Positions 27,385 to 39,900 of a stretch of DNA of 64,000 nucleotides are shown piece after piece. The DNA is from Trypanosoma brucei (taxonomy: Eukaryota). The notes under the pieces were generated by a model. That model worked only from the letters and a program-made list of their open reading frames with translations, was not told where the DNA came from and made no database searches. The stretch spans positions 256,001-320,000 of the forward strand of contig CM000208.1 in the NCBI GenBank assembly GCA_000002445.1, read 5' to 3'. A program made the position numbers and the translations under genes. Each line of letters begins with the position of its first letter. The first letter of the stretch is position 1.

Positions 27385-28913
27385 ATGTAATCTGACGTCT
27401 CTTGCTACTGTATCTAGGTGTATGTATATCTTTTTTATTCTGATTATTATTTATTTAAAAATAAAATACTCTTTGCATCTTTTTTTTTTTGAGTTAAATA
27501 CAGTTTGAAGATAGTCCGCGGTGGTTATGTTGTAACGCCAAGAGTAAGGTAGTGAGATAAATGGGTGAGAAGTTCAGTTGCTCATGTGAACAGCCCCTCT
27601 CTTATTCCTCTCGGGTTTGTTGTTGGTGTCGTGTTGTTAATTTCACTGTAGCTGTTACAACCTCTTTATTGTTAATTTTCATTTCCTTTATTCTCTTCTT
27701 TGTTTTTTCTCTTCTTGTGTGACGTGTCTTCTGGTTTCTCCTTCCTCCTGTTCCGCTTCTTGTTACTTTCCCCCTTTTGTGTTGCTGTTTTCTCTCCCTC
27801 CCCCCCCCGCACTGCACGTGTCTTTTGATTTTCTCTTTATCACACTTCGCGTTACTCTGTTCGTAGCCAAAACAGCAAACACAAACATATATATATATAA
27901 ATATATATTCACTTGTCCGTATGCGCATGGGTTTAATCATTCACCGTGGGGTTTGGAAAAGCTGCTGTGAGGTGCTCCTTTCCTCCCCATTCTATTCTTT
28001 CATGCCCTTCATTTTCCTCTTGTTATTTTGTGTGGTTCATTGCCTGAAACAGCACACGCGGAGTCGTGTCATTTTCACGGTGTAATCGCCGGTGCTCACA
28101 GTGAACAAAAAAATGTAATATAAATACGGGGACCGATGGGTTATGCCGTCGCGACTTGAAAAAAAACGCAAGCGAGGCGATACAATAACAATACACTCGC
28201 ACAAATGCAAGATGACAAGGATATTGAAAAAGACCAGAGGGAAGTGAAAGAAAAAAAAAAAGATCGTCACATCCAATTGTGATTGCACTCCTTCTCGTCA
28301 GTTCGGATACGTGTGTCTCATGCATTTTTGATATGTTCTCGTGAAGCACCCTCACAAACCGTTGTGGTAAACAAAGAGATAGGTGATTCCTTTATTTTTT
28401 TTCTCTTTTTTTCTTTTTTAATACCCTAACTTCCCACAAGTTCTGAGAGAGCGTTATAAATAAATCTCCTCCACGTCGCCAGTAGGGGATAGGACTCCAC
28501 ACGTAAAAGCGCCGGGAAGTGCAAGGACAAAAAAACCAATAAAAACGAGAGGTGCGCCGCCCCGTGGCCAGCGCTGACGAGAAGGAATTAGTGCCTTCAA
28601 CCAACAATTCACTAAAGTCAGCTCTCATCTAGGGATGAAAACGTTGCACGTGCATATAATAAATGTGCAAACACAAATATTTCACATTCTCTCGTTGCGG
28701 CAACACTGTCCTACAGGCCGATCTTATGAGCTGCTCGAGAGGCTTGTTGCACCCGCATACACATGCCAACAAAGTGTTCACCGACATCGATGAGAATTTG
28801 AATTTCCCACCGGCATCATATCAGGCATGCTGTCCCGCTTCTCCGCTCTCGTCTCACGGTTCCTTTCCACCAATGCACTCACCACTTTATCTATCTCCTC
28901 TCTCCGTCTCCTT

Positions 28914-30581
28914 TTACGCCCGTGTCATGATGATGTCGTCGATCTTGAGGATCATCATCACACATTCCGCAGCGAGCCTGACAGCCGACGTCGACACCAG
29001 TAGCGGCTGCACGACATTCTCCTCCACCATATCTGTCACACAACCTTTTCGTACGTTAACACCAGCGTTCTTGTTTCCACTGGCATGCGCATTGCGGAGC
29101 TCCGTTACGATAGAAATAGGCTGAAGGCCGGCATTTTCGGCTAGTGTGTATGGGACAACCTCGAAAGCATCTGCGAAGGCACGCATGCAAAAGGTTTGCA
29201 TACCCTGAGCGCGCTCCCGTGCGTATTTGCTGAGTTGAAGGCACACCTCAGTTTCGCCAGCGGCACCACCAGCTACAATGGCGCGCTTCTTCACGATGGA
29301 ACGGATCACACAAAGCGAATCATGTAGCGCACGCTCAGCCTCCTCCAGCATCAGGTTATTGCTTCCGCGTAAGAAAAAAGTAACAGTTTTTCCAAAGAGC
29401 TGCAGGTTAATCTTCTCCGACGGAGGCTGCACCCCCGTGATTCGGATAATCTTTCCGCTCGGGGTGTTTTCCTCTACCACAAGATCTGCATGGCCAAATT
29501 TCTCCGGCTTCAAGTTCTCTATGTTCGCCACAGGGAGGCACCCGATCGTTTTGGTAATAAAGTCGATGTCGCTGCGCTCAACGTCCTTTACCACCATGAT
29601 CTTCATCTTGGCGAGGAAGTCGAGACTCTGCACGGTCACAGCGTCACGAAGAACGGATTTTTGCACCAGCAGCACATTTACACCTGCATCCTTAATCTGT
29701 TTGCAAAGGTTCAGAAGGTACTTTCGTTCCTCCTTTAACGCCCGATCCATCTGGTTGTAGTCGCTGATAGTAACAGTACTCTCCATGTCCGTCTTGGGTG
29801 GCGAAAGCTGAAACTGAATAAGGGCTATTGTGGCGTTTGCAATGCGCACTGGACCACCGGCGACGTGGGACGCCTTCTGCTTGAACACCATACCGTTCGA
29901 AAGCATTACCGACTCGTCGATTGTCCCTCCGAGGGCCGTCACGATGCGCACATCTCGCAAATCCACGTCGCCGTTATCCCTCATTATTTGCCTCACCGCA
30001 TCCACAGCCATTGGGGCTATCAAATCGCTATTCTGCGAAATGATTTTTGAGTTTAGCGACGTGATGGCGGCCCTAATGAGCGTCTCCCTGTCGTTGATGT
30101 CAATTTTCACGCTCATCCCTTCCAACACCTGTTCAGCTAATTTAGCACATTCGTTGAAACACTCGGATATCTGCGTCGGATGAATTCCCTTCAACAGCAG
30201 TTCCTCCACAGCACGTAGCAGAGCGCCACAGAGCACTACAACACTTGTAGTCCCGTCTCCCGCCTCCACATCCTGTGCTTTGGAAAGTTCCACCAACATC
30301 TTGGCACACGGGTGAGTTACCTGCAGTTTGGAAAGGATCGTCGCACCATCGTTACTGATGATTACCTCACCGCGAGGTTCAATAATCATCTTATCCATGC
30401 CTCGAGGGCCGAGAGAAGTGCGAATACAATCCGCCACAGCTTTGGCAGAGGTGATGTTACTTAGACGCACATCAGTTTGTGTGTTTGTGTCTTTCTTGTT
30501 TTCATTTGCCTTCTTGGTAGACATTTTGGGGGTCTTCTTTTTTGTTTTCTTTTTATCGTTAGCTTGTATCGACGTATGCAC
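28914..30581 (-). CDS. CCT4: T-complex protein 1 (CCT) delta subunit chaperonin. The likely true start is Met at 30524
   Basis: VRLSNITSAKAVADCIRTSLGPRGMDKMI matches the CCT delta N-terminus, and the group II chaperonin equatorial, apical and GGG motifs are present. The first 19 codons of the ORF (MHTSIQANDKKKTKKKTPK) are probably an over-extension; MSTKKANENKK is more plausible. Confidence 0.85.
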   Translation of the reverse strand: MHTSIQANDKKKTKKKTPKMSTKKANENKKDTNTQTDVRLSNITSAKAVADCIRTSLGPRGMDKMIIEPRGEVIISNDGATILSKLQVTHPCAKMLVELSKAQDVEAGDGTTSVVVLCGALLRAVEELLLKGIHPTQISECFNECAKLAEQVLEGMSVKIDINDRETLIRAAITSLNSKIISQNSDLIAPMAVDAVRQIMRDNGDVDLRDVRIVTALGGTIDESVMLSNGMVFKQKASHVAGGPVRIANATIALIQFQLSPPKTDMESTVTISDYNQMDRALKEERKYLLNLCKQIKDAGVNVLLVQKSVLRDAVTVQSLDFLAKMKIMVVKDVERSDIDFITKTIGCLPVANIENLKPEKFGHADLVVEENTPSGKIIRITGVQPPSEKINLQLFGKTVTFFLRGSNNLMLEEAERALHDSLCVIRSIVKKRAIVAGGAAGETEVCLQLSKYARERAQGMQTFCMRAFADAFEVVPYTLAENAGLQPISIVTELRNAHASGNKNAGVNVRKGCVTDMVEENVVQPLLVSTSAVRLAAECVMMILKIDDIIMTRA

Positions 30582-31472
30582 TTACAAATCCTAATTATTC
30601 TCGTTTCCCTTCAAATATTTCCCTTTTAGTTGTATAATCTTCATATACACGCGCGCATGCGCCAAACAAAAAGAAAAAAAGTAAAGAAGAGGAAACGAGA
30701 AACACCAGGGAAGTATTAAAGAGGGAACGCTATTGCCCATGCCAATGGTACAAATAAGTGACTTTATCTTCACACCGCACCTCCGCGAAACAAATATATG
30801 CATGCATTTCCCTATTCATTTCACAAGCACAGCACCTGACTTTTTTTTTTTCGCATAAGACACTAAAACCGAGGGACTGCTATAGCCAATACGCTTAAAC
30901 AAATCCCCACATACCAGGGCATCAAAACAAAATGCATTGTCCAGTACACTCCCCTCACCCGGGATGGGCGAAATTAAATTGGATTGCTCTGTTCTGTGAA
31001 ACAGAAAAAACAAAAAAAGAAACAAGTCAAGGAGAAAACATCGAATGTCTATGTACACAACTTGACACCACTCTTCTGCCTCACCTCCAAAGGGTAGAAG
31101 CATTCACAAACGTCTGCAAGCACACCTGCACACCCCTCTCTTCTTTTCTTTTTTCGGAGGGGGGTGCTGTGGCAAAAAAAAAAAGATAAATTAGAAGAAA
31201 AAAAAAGAGAACCACTGCGTCAGCCAACCCTCGACATATCTCTCCATTCACTATCTGTAGCACCCGCCTATTCCGCCTCCTCCATACGGACTCAACCATA
31301 TCACCAACACCCTACACCCATACATATATTTACATATAGATAGCACACGCGTGGCAAATCACCATTCTGTGGGAAGCAAGAAAAGATTCCCTTAAGTAGC
31401 ACCAAAGCCCTCGCTCATAAGAACATACAAATACAAACACCTATATGTCGGCAACTCACCCGTCGGTCACCT

Positions 31473-32387
31473 TTAGAACTCGACAGAAAAGTATGGGTGC
31501 TCCAATGCCTGAGCTGCGGTTAATCGTTCACTTGGCTCATACCTCAGCAGCCAACGAAGAAGATCAATCCCCTGCGGGCCAAGTTTCGCATAGGCGGGAT
31601 TCGTTTGAAACTGCTCTTCACAGGTCGCTGCAAGGGTTTGCTGAAACTCCGGTCTGCTCAGCATGTTGGAAGAGTTGGGATATGTGTCCATGGATGGCCA
31701 CACTTGTCTATTTGGAGTACCGAGGAACTGAAATATTCGTAGCAGTTGATCCGCATCATTCTTCCCCGTGAAGAGAGGAGCGCCAATGGCCATCTCAGCA
31801 AAGATGCACCCAACCGACCAAATATCAACAGGTGTGCCGTACTGCGTGGAGCCTAACAACACGTCTGGTGAGCGATACCACAACGTCACCACCTCCTGAG
31901 TGAACTTTTTAACAGGAATACCAAATGCGCGCCCCAGCCCAAAGTCAGCCAGTTTGAGCTCCTTTTCGCGCGATATTAAAAGGTTAGGTGGTTTCAAATC
32001 ACGGTGCAGCACATTCCTTTCATGGCAAAAACGGACTCCGCTAAGAAGGCTGCGCATAAACTCTTGGATGGTGCCCGCGTCCAAGTCACCGCCCACGTGG
32101 TCCATGTATTTCTTGAGATCCATCTCCATGCACTCAAACACAAGCGTGAGTCGTTTCTCGCTATGGCAAACGTCCAACAACCTCACGATGTTCTCGTGAC
32201 GAAGCTCCTTCAGGATGGAGATCTCCCGAATAGCGGTGCATGGAACACCTTCCTCCTCCTTTTCTAGGCGAATGCGCTTAACCGCAACGATAGTCCCAGT
32301 TGTAACATCACGGGCTCTGAACACCACACCGTACGATCCCTCGCCAATCTTCTGAAGCCGCTCGTAACGACTCCCCATTCTATCCAA
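31473..32387 (-). CDS. CRK1: cdc2-related kinase with a PCTAIRE motif (CRK1-like CDK)
   Basis: It has GEGSYGVV (glycine loop), VAVKRIRLE, PCTAIREISILKEL (cyclin-binding helix variant), HRDLKPPNLL and DFGLGRAF. A start at MGSRYERL (32378) is also possible. Confidence 0.85.
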   Translation of the reverse strand: MDRMGSRYERLQKIGEGSYGVVFRARDVTTGTIVAVKRIRLEKEEEGVPCTAIREISILKELRHENIVRLLDVCHSEKRLTLVFECMEMDLKKYMDHVGGDLDAGTIQEFMRSLLSGVRFCHERNVLHRDLKPPNLLISREKELKLADFGLGRAFGIPVKKFTQEVVTLWYRSPDVLLGSTQYGTPVDIWSVGCIFAEMAIGAPLFTGKNDADQLLRIFQFLGTPNRQVWPSMDTYPNSSNMLSRPEFQQTLAATCEEQFQTNPAYAKLGPQGIDLLRWLLRYEPSERLTAAQALEHPYFSVEF

Positions 32388-33140
32388 TTATTGAGACTCT
32401 CTCTGCTTGTTATACCGAACAAGCTCCCTACTGCTCCTTTCTGATTCCCCACCCCACAGACTTACGCAGATGTTAGTCTTCAGTGTGAAATATTGTCGCA
32501 GCAAATTACAAACAAGGCCAAATATGCGGCCACAACGCCTCAAGCTAAACCACGAAAAAAAAAAAATAGGGGGACGTACCCGCACTTATTTCACGGTGGC
32601 CGTCCGCTCGGAATTGTGGCAATCCTGAATAAAGGGTGCCACTCCTAAACCGATAATGCACCCTGAGGAGGCAAACGACAATGTGGTCAATCCCCCCCTT
32701 TCCCACTGCACAGCCGCAACCGTATCAACCGACAAGAAACCTTTCAAAAAAAAAAAAAACAACACAAAAGGAAAAGCACCCCAACTAGTAAATGAACACG
32801 ACTCTGCAAAAACGGGCTACGAACACACAAGAAGATCAAAAACGAAGAAGAGATAGAGACAGAGGACACAGTTGCGTAAAATAATGAAAAGTAACAAACA
32901 TCATTGGAATACCTTCCCCGCATTCAATCCCAAGAGAAGAAACTGGCTGCAGATCCTCATCACGAGCACCGCAACGACAGCCCCTCAACACAGAGTCGCG
33001 TGTGGGCTGACGCATACGGAGAGAGGTTCCTGGGTATGAAAGTAGAATAAAAGACATGCAAAAAAAAAGTGGGGAAAAATAAGAAATCCACGACACCACC
33101 CGCACAGTTTCCTGCAGGGTTATTCCATTGATGCACTTTC

Positions 33141-33572
33141 CTAGTTACGTGGCTTCTCCTTCTTCTGACGGTACAAAGCGTACAACCCGACACTGGAGAC
33201 CTTCACGATCTTAAATCGCACCCCGGGAATATCACCAACGGCGTGACCGGAACGACCGAAACCAGAGACCAGCACCTCGTCATTCTCCTCGATAAAGTGC
33301 AGGCAACCATCATTGGGAACGAAAGCGATGATCTTCTTGTCATTCTTGATCAGCTGCACACGAACGCACTTACGAATGGCAGAGTTGGGTTGTTTCGCTC
33401 CAACGCCAATCTTCTCCAACACGATGCCCTTGGCATGCGATGAACCACCGAATGGGTTGGCCTTCTGTGCCACAAATGTGTGGGACTTCTTCCAACCCTT
33501 GTCTGCCCAGCGGTTCTTACGGCGCAGGCGGACGAGCTTACGAGCTGCGTGCTGTCCGTTGGTCTTCGTCAT
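33141..33572 (-). CDS. RPS23: 40S ribosomal protein S23 (uS12), copy A
   Basis: 143 aa ([32 protein letters not shown]...) with the characteristic uS12 sequence. It is identical to copy B. Confidence 0.9.
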   Translation of the reverse strand: MTKTNGQHAARKLVRLRRKNRWADKGWKKSHTFVAQKANPFGGSSHAKGIVLEKIGVGAKQPNSAIRKCVRVQLIKNDKKIIAFVPNDGCLHFIEENDEVLVSGFGRSGHAVGDIPGVRFKIVKVSSVGLYALYRQKKEKPRN

Positions 33573-33952
33573 GGTGTCCTACTTTTCCTTCAGCAAGCGA
33601 ATGAGTGGCGAACGGAAAGGAGATACAGTACGTTACTGAACGGTAGCACGTGGACTTCTCAGGGCCCACAAATCCCTTGCGACCACCCCATCACTACCGG
33701 GCCCGGTGTGGTACCAGGACAAGGAAGTGGCAAAAGACAGCTGACCAACGCTGCAATCAAGCAGTGTAAAGAATTAAAAAAGAAAATTCAAGCTTAAATG
33801 ACGAAATCAACGAAAAAAAAAGTTACGCAAGGGAAACAAAACAAAAAATGAAACCCCTGGAGGACATCAAGAACTTCTTCACTACACCACCGTGGTTGAA
33901 CAGTGAACCGTCCAAACAGTTTCCTGCAGGGTTATTCCATTGATGCACTTTC

Positions 33953-34384
33953 CTAGTTACGTGGCTTCTCCTTCTTCTGACGGTACAAAGCGTACAACCC
34001 GACACTGGAGACCTTCACGATCTTAAATCGCACCCCGGGAATATCACCAACGGCGTGACCGGAACGACCGAAACCAGAGACCAGCACCTCGTCATTCTCC
34101 TCGATAAAGTGCAGGCAACCATCATTGGGAACGAAAGCGATGATCTTCTTGTCATTCTTGATCAGCTGCACACGAACGCACTTACGAATGGCAGAGTTGG
34201 GTTGTTTCGCTCCAACGCCAATCTTCTCCAACACGATGCCCTTGGCATGCGATGAACCACCGAATGGGTTGGCCTTCTGTGCCACAAATGTGTGGGACTT
34301 CTTCCAACCCTTGTCTGCCCAGCGGTTCTTACGGCGCAGGCGGACGAGCTTACGAGCTGCGTGCTGTCCGTTGGTCTTCGTCAT
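33953..34384 (-). CDS. RPS23: 40S ribosomal protein S23 (uS12), copy B
   Basis: The 143-aa product is identical to copy A. The 3'-flank of about 55 bp is duplicated, but flanks diverge beyond that. Confidence 0.9.
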   Translation of the reverse strand: MTKTNGQHAARKLVRLRRKNRWADKGWKKSHTFVAQKANPFGGSSHAKGIVLEKIGVGAKQPNSAIRKCVRVQLIKNDKKIIAFVPNDGCLHFIEENDEVLVSGFGRSGHAVGDIPGVRFKIVKVSSVGLYALYRQKKEKPRN

Positions 34385-34845
34385 GGTGTCCCTCTGCGAG
34401 AGATTGTTTCCCCGTCTGCAGAGGTGAGTTTTTGCGTTTGGAAAAAAGGTTTAAGAAGAAAAAAGTCAAAAAAAAAAAGAGAGAGGAGAACAGAGGTAGA
34501 CACATGTGTGAGAGGAACAAGGAAAGCAAGCACATAATCATTTCAAGGAGGAACTGAAACTGCCCGTGGCATGGCTACACGGTTTGGTGTATATAAACCA
34601 CTTTTTGTCCCTCACTCCTCCACCGGGGCAGAAATGAATTTCAGAAAAAAAGAGGTAAAAAGAAGAAATGACGAAAAGAAATAAAACTGTTACCGTGCTA
34701 ATTGGCAAAGCATGATGCACATTAAACTCCCACCAACGAACTCATACCCCTAATGCAGCAATAGCACGGACCAACACAGAGACCACATCTCTTGAAGACG
34801 TCAGACATCAAGAAAGCAACAACCAAAGAGTAGAGGAGACAAACT

Positions 34846-35415
34846 CTACTCATCAACTTCGATGTTGGTCTTTGTCTGCACGTAGATGCCGTCCAAGAAC
34901 TTACGGATATCCTTCTTCTTCACTAGGCAGAGCTGATGCATCACAGCAGCCTCACGAGACACCTGTTCCAAGTCATTCCCCTCAAGCACGAGTTCATCCT
35001 TGACAAGTGCAGCATCTGTACGATAGACCTTCACATCGTCTGCCACCACCTGTCGGCGGACACGCTTCTCCCCAAGGAAGTTACGGATCTCCACCAATTG
35101 GTTTTCCACCGTCACGGAAATGGGAAAGTGAGCGTATGCGAAGCGCACTTTGAAGCGGAAGCCTTTTGTAACACCCGTGATCATGTTGCGCACGTGCGAG
35201 AGAGCGGTGTTGATGGTTGAGTTATTGATCTTGTTACCAAACCAACGAACTGCGGTGAAGGTACGGAGCTTCTTGTTTACGCGGAAGTCAAGCTGTAGAT
35301 GACGCAAGTCCTTTGTGAGCGTGCCACGCTTCCCCTTCACCGTTACGATGCGGTCTTTTACGGAGACGGTGACATCTTCGGGGAAGGTGATTTGGTCGTG
35401 CGACTTGATCTTCAT
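34846..35415 (-). CDS. RPL9: 60S ribosomal protein L9 (uL6)
   Basis: 189 aa (MKIKSHDQITFPEDVTVSVKDRIVTVKGKRGTL...) with the typical eukaryotic L9/uL6 two-domain sequence. Confidence 0.85.
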   Translation of the reverse strand: MKIKSHDQITFPEDVTVSVKDRIVTVKGKRGTLTKDLRHLQLDFRVNKKLRTFTAVRWFGNKINNSTINTALSHVRNMITGVTKGFRFKVRFAYAHFPISVTVENQLVEIRNFLGEKRVRRQVVADDVKVYRTDAALVKDELVLEGNDLEQVSREAAVMHQLCLVKKKDIRKFLDGIYVQTKTNIEVDE

Positions 35416-36802
35416 GTCTCAGTCTTCCCCTCCCTCTTATCTTCTGCTGTTTAGTGGCTGATTTGGACGAATCCTTTCTCAGCTCAGTATTCGCGCAGTC
35501 GTATGTAGCGGCCACGTGAGCGTGACCAACTGGTTCTCTGACGAGAGGAAAGTACGGGAGGCTCAAGCTCTCAACGCTTTGACTATCAGTACCAAGAGGT
35601 AAAATTTTTTTGAGGAAAGAAAGAAGCATAAAAAGTGGCAAGTACAGTACTTGGCAGGTGGGCAAAAGGTCGACAGTTATCACAGGATTGTGCAGTGGCA
35701 TGAAGATATGTGGCTCACAAGGAAAGCACACAAAAATAACTGAAGTGAGCTTTTAAAAATAATAATAAGGAAAACAAGCGAACAAATATAGAAATGGAAC
35801 TGATCAAAAGAATAAACTAGAGCAACCCATGCATCCCCTTTCGTTTTCCCCTTCACACGTGCGTGACATCTAAAAATGCAATAAAAAACGATAACACCAT
35901 TACAACCCTTAACTACACACTACTGCAGTACCTTATGAAGTAGAAATATGGAGGAAAGTAACAGTTGCCAAAGCGCTTCGCTCGATAGGTGTACTCGGTT
36001 CGCTCCTCCACGCATTGTTACTTCCATCTCAAGATTTTCCCCTCCCCCCCCCACACACACTTTTTTCCCTTCCTTTCCTCGTGGGATAGGGAAAGCGAAC
36101 CTTTAATGGCATTATTAATACAATAGAGGAATATCCAGTAGAAAAAAAAAAGGTCGGATGCATCCCAGAAAGGTGAGAAAAGTCAAAACAAGACGATGCA
36201 ACGCGGGACATCGCAGTCGGAATGATAAAGAAACAGGGAGGGACAAACTCACAAAAAATATTTCTCCCCACAATAACAACATTTGAGAGGGAAAAAAAGG
36301 AATAAAATTTATTTACCCCCACAAAAAGGCAAGAAAGAGCAACGACACACTTGAAGCAGTGTGTCATGCCAGGATCAAACAGAGAAGCAATTGACCTCTC
36401 CTAACCCCGCTCCCCAAACACATACACACATTAACCTAAACACTTAAATTTTTTTTTACCGAGAGTGATAGTAACAAAACAATGACAGCCGTAGAGTTGA
36501 GCTTGCGCAAAGGTCCGCATGTCGCTTAACATACATCCACGCTTTTTTTTTTTAATTCTCCTGCCGCTATACACTTTTCCCGGTAGTCACTACAAATATC
36601 ATGCACTCAATCGTCAGCTTTTTTTCGTGACGTAAAAAGTGACTACATCACAGATGTCACCACTCGCTGTACAACGAAATGTGCGGCGGGCACCCGCAAC
36701 CGCTGTAACGTCTTCCTCTTGGATTTTCCAGTGGAAAACCAGCGAGGGATGATATGTGCAGTTCCACGGAAAAGCAAAGCAAGGAATAGAACTAAAGAAA
36801 AA

Positions 36803-36812
<10 letters not shown>

Positions 36813-36839
<27 letters not shown>
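36813..36839. repeat. (AT)n microsatellite of about 27 bp in the RPL9-kinesin spacer
   Basis: Direct reading: caatatatatatatatatatatatatatac. Confidence 0.95.
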
Positions 36840-36947
36840 CTAGACAAATTGAGATTAAATTTAATAAAAAACAAATAACTCAAAAAAATAAAAGCAAAAG
36901 GGAAAAGACTATCAGCCCAATTATGAAACGATTTCCGTCTTTTCCCC

Positions 36948-39900
36948 CTACACCGGCAAAAAACTACAGGAACTCATGCTCTTTCCATTCCGCCCCTCAC
37001 ATACACTGGAAGACTTCGACGCCATGTTTGACAGGTGACATGGTTTGCCATGGGCCATGTTACCAAGCGCAGCGAAAGTTTTTGATCGACTGAATCGGGT
37101 GCACGCCTTCGTCAAAGCACGGGGCTGCAGCTCCCTCTCCGAAAAGTATGCAGTGCTCAAATTTCGAGCGTAATTGAAGGTGCGGCTGCGACGTGGCAGT
37201 CCCGTGCTGGCAGCAACGGTAATGTCAGCCTCCGAAACGGGTACCACTATTATCCTAGACCGCCTGCCAAACTTCTCGACGGTGGAGCCTGACGGTTTCT
37301 CAGAAGCGGAATTTGACTGACTCTGTTTTTGAAGGTGCCCCGACTTGCTCAACCTCATGGGCTCTCTGGAGGGGAAGTCAAGTGGCGTGAAGGTGGTATT
37401 TGGAGCCAAGCTCAGAAACGTTAGTCCACTTTCTTGGGATGGTGAGTGCAGTGTACTGGATGCAGACGTGCCTCGAAAGGAAGTTGACCCCGGTGGACAC
37501 TTTTTCCACTTAGTCATCGCGTTACCCAATGTGCTGTTCTTTACGCGAGCAGAGAGTTTTCCAAGAATGTTTCTACTCGCCGTCACCGTGATGTCCGTGG
37601 CACCAATGTTCTTGCCGCTTCTGGGGATTTCCTTACCGAGGGTTGAGGCTCGTCTCTCATCCGGTAGCAAGTTCTGACACGATGTGGCGTTCGTGTTGAC
37701 GAGACTTTCCTGCCGTACCAGTCGGGCAATTTGCATGACATGATCTCTATTACGAATCAGTTCCACATAACAGATATGATCCGTCTTGGCTGCAACGTCC
37801 CAGTGGTCGTACCAAATGAGTAATCCATACAATGCATCCCCTGCTTGGCGGCGCCGGTGGCTGACGAGGCCCGAAAGGATGTCAGCCTCAGTCACCGTCC
37901 AATCCGCACCAACGCATTGGGGCTTCCGAGCAATTCCGCTGATCGTCCCACGCAGCTTGTGCATGTAATAACGGAATTGAGTTTCAGGGCGAAGATGCAC
38001 AGCAGGTGCAATTAAAGCGAATCGATGTAGGCTTTGACGATTCAAAACATAGAGTTCCACCTTTAAACGATCCAGCAGAATGCGTAACCCCATGAGAACA
38101 AGTGTGATCATTTCCCCAGTAAACTTGAAGTCTGGCGGAGAGGTGGAGTGGCAACCCTGGCCACCAAAACCGCTCATCGCCTCATTAATGAGTTCTTCAA
38201 CACGCTGATACAAGTCGTTGGCATCTTTGAAGCCATTGGGGCCGTTATCTTGTACCTTTTCTCGGAGGCAACTCAATGTGTAACGCAATTCCTCAACTTT
38301 ACAAGCAAGGGAGGCAGCGCGCCTGTCGTATTCCCGCTGCTGTTGCTTGAGCAACATCCGTTGTTCCTGGAGAAGTGTCACCTTGTTGTCAAGTGATTTC
38401 TTCCTTATGTTGGAGTCGGCCTGGTCAGTAGTCCACAGGTTCATGTCTGATGCATCACGCTTCCTTCCTGCCTCAACTAACTGCCTGCTTCTCACACTGG
38501 AAACAGCCATTCGTTCCGCCATTTTCTCGGTAGTGGGGCTCTCCCGCTTCTTTGCATTCATCTTCAAGTCATTCACATCACCTTGAACGCGGAAAACAAG
38601 ACCCTTGTAATGTTCACCTTCATCTCTCTCACGGTTGACATCGGTGACAAGCTGGTTTTTCTCTCTCTCCAAACCAACCAGTACGGTCCCTACTACAAAC
38701 ACTGATTCTGCTGCAGTTTCCTTCTCAGAGTGTTCAACAACGCTTGTGTTAGCAGGGAAGTCGGGGACATGTTCCTTCAGAAACTGCTGCGCCCGAGTGT
38801 CACTGAGTTCCAAGTGGAGATCGTCCCGTGAAGCCTGCACAACACCCCTTGTCCGCCCCTCACCGCTCGTCAAACTAACGTTGGTGCTGCTTCTGCTCCC
38901 ACTTGTGAAGGTCCCACGGGCGACGGACCCCATCGCCCGCCGCTTCCACATGCGAGTTAAAGCACGAAGCATCAGAATCTTTTCCGCCATTATGGGGAAT
39001 TGCTCATTCATCTCAAACTCACTCACCACACTCACCTCCATGAGTGCCCCCTCCATGCTGTGTAGGATCGCTCCCAAATTACTTATTTCCCCTTTCAGTT
39101 TGCTGTGATCCGCCGCGGAGTCGAGGAACTCCTTCGTCAGCTGCGACAACTCGTCCTTTAGCTGCGCTTCACTGAGTTCAAGTTCCGTGTTCGCATCCTG
39201 AGCAATGCGCAACTTACTCTCCAGCACGCTTTTCTGTCCACGTAAATCTTCGACAGAGCGTTCGAGTGAGCGGATGCGCACCCACAGCTCACGCTCACGT
39301 ACACCATCGGATGTTAAATGAAAAATATTGGCATTCGCCGAGTAGCCCACTACTGTGTCCGCATTTAACTCGGAGCAAAAATCGCCCACGAGAGACATCC
39401 TTGTTCCGGGGAGCGGGCTCGTTCGTGCACCCTCACGCGGGTGTGGCCCATTCCGCAAAGGATTAGCTGCACCACTGGGTGTCGATGTCTTCGATTCTCG
39501 CAGCCCCTTTACTTTTCGCTCTCCACCGTCAAATTCATCTCCCCCCTTTTGATATGGCATATGGACAATAGTGTCAGTTCCTTTCTCAACCCTTACCACA
39601 GCTTCATCGCCGCAACCGATGAATTTGATGCCCTTCCCATCCTCCATAATTCCTGATTCCATCGGCGGAGAGTTTACTACATTTGCCGTTACAGGCTGCG
39701 ACAGGGACGAACTGCGCTCCAGTTCAGCAAGACACCGCGCCACTTCCCCGAATTCGACGCTACGCTTCGCAAACCTCCAGCTACACACTTCACTCTCCCG
39801 CAAGCAATCCCTTTGACTCTCTGCCAATGCACCAGCGCCGACACTACAGCACTTCCAGTTAGAGGTACGCTGGAAGGCATGTGCTGCGGTACTCATATCC

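Larger units (their letters stand above)
22225..27400 (-). repeat. Tandem array of three carboxypeptidase repeat units of about 1.7-2.0 kb, including duplicated spacers
   Basis: The shared 3'-flank string caatgcaatacacataaattcgaacagactccggttacgagagtgg occurs at about 22225, 23941 and 25951. The spacer sequences at 23654-23795 and 25370-25511 are identical. Confidence 0.9.
33105..34394 (-). repeat. Tandem duplication of the RPS23 unit (period about 812 bp)
   Basis: The 33105-33582 block recurs at 33913-34394. Identity is essentially limited to the CDS, about 10 bp 5' and about 55 bp 3'. Confidence 0.85.

Noticed and set aside
22225-27400. CRISPR array, operon or other prokaryotic-style system built on the tandem repeats
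   Set aside because: The repeats are full-length protein-coding units of 1.7-2.0 kb (carboxypeptidase paralogues), not short repeat-spacer arrays. The whole window has eukaryotic kinetoplastid gene organisation.
34252-34720. Short ORFs between RPS23 copy B and RPL9 (34252-34557 plus, 34350-34541 minus, 34538-34720 minus)
   Set aside because: They are derived from A-rich spacer sequence (aaaaagtcaaaaaaaaaaagagag) and consist of poly-Lys/Phe artefact peptides.
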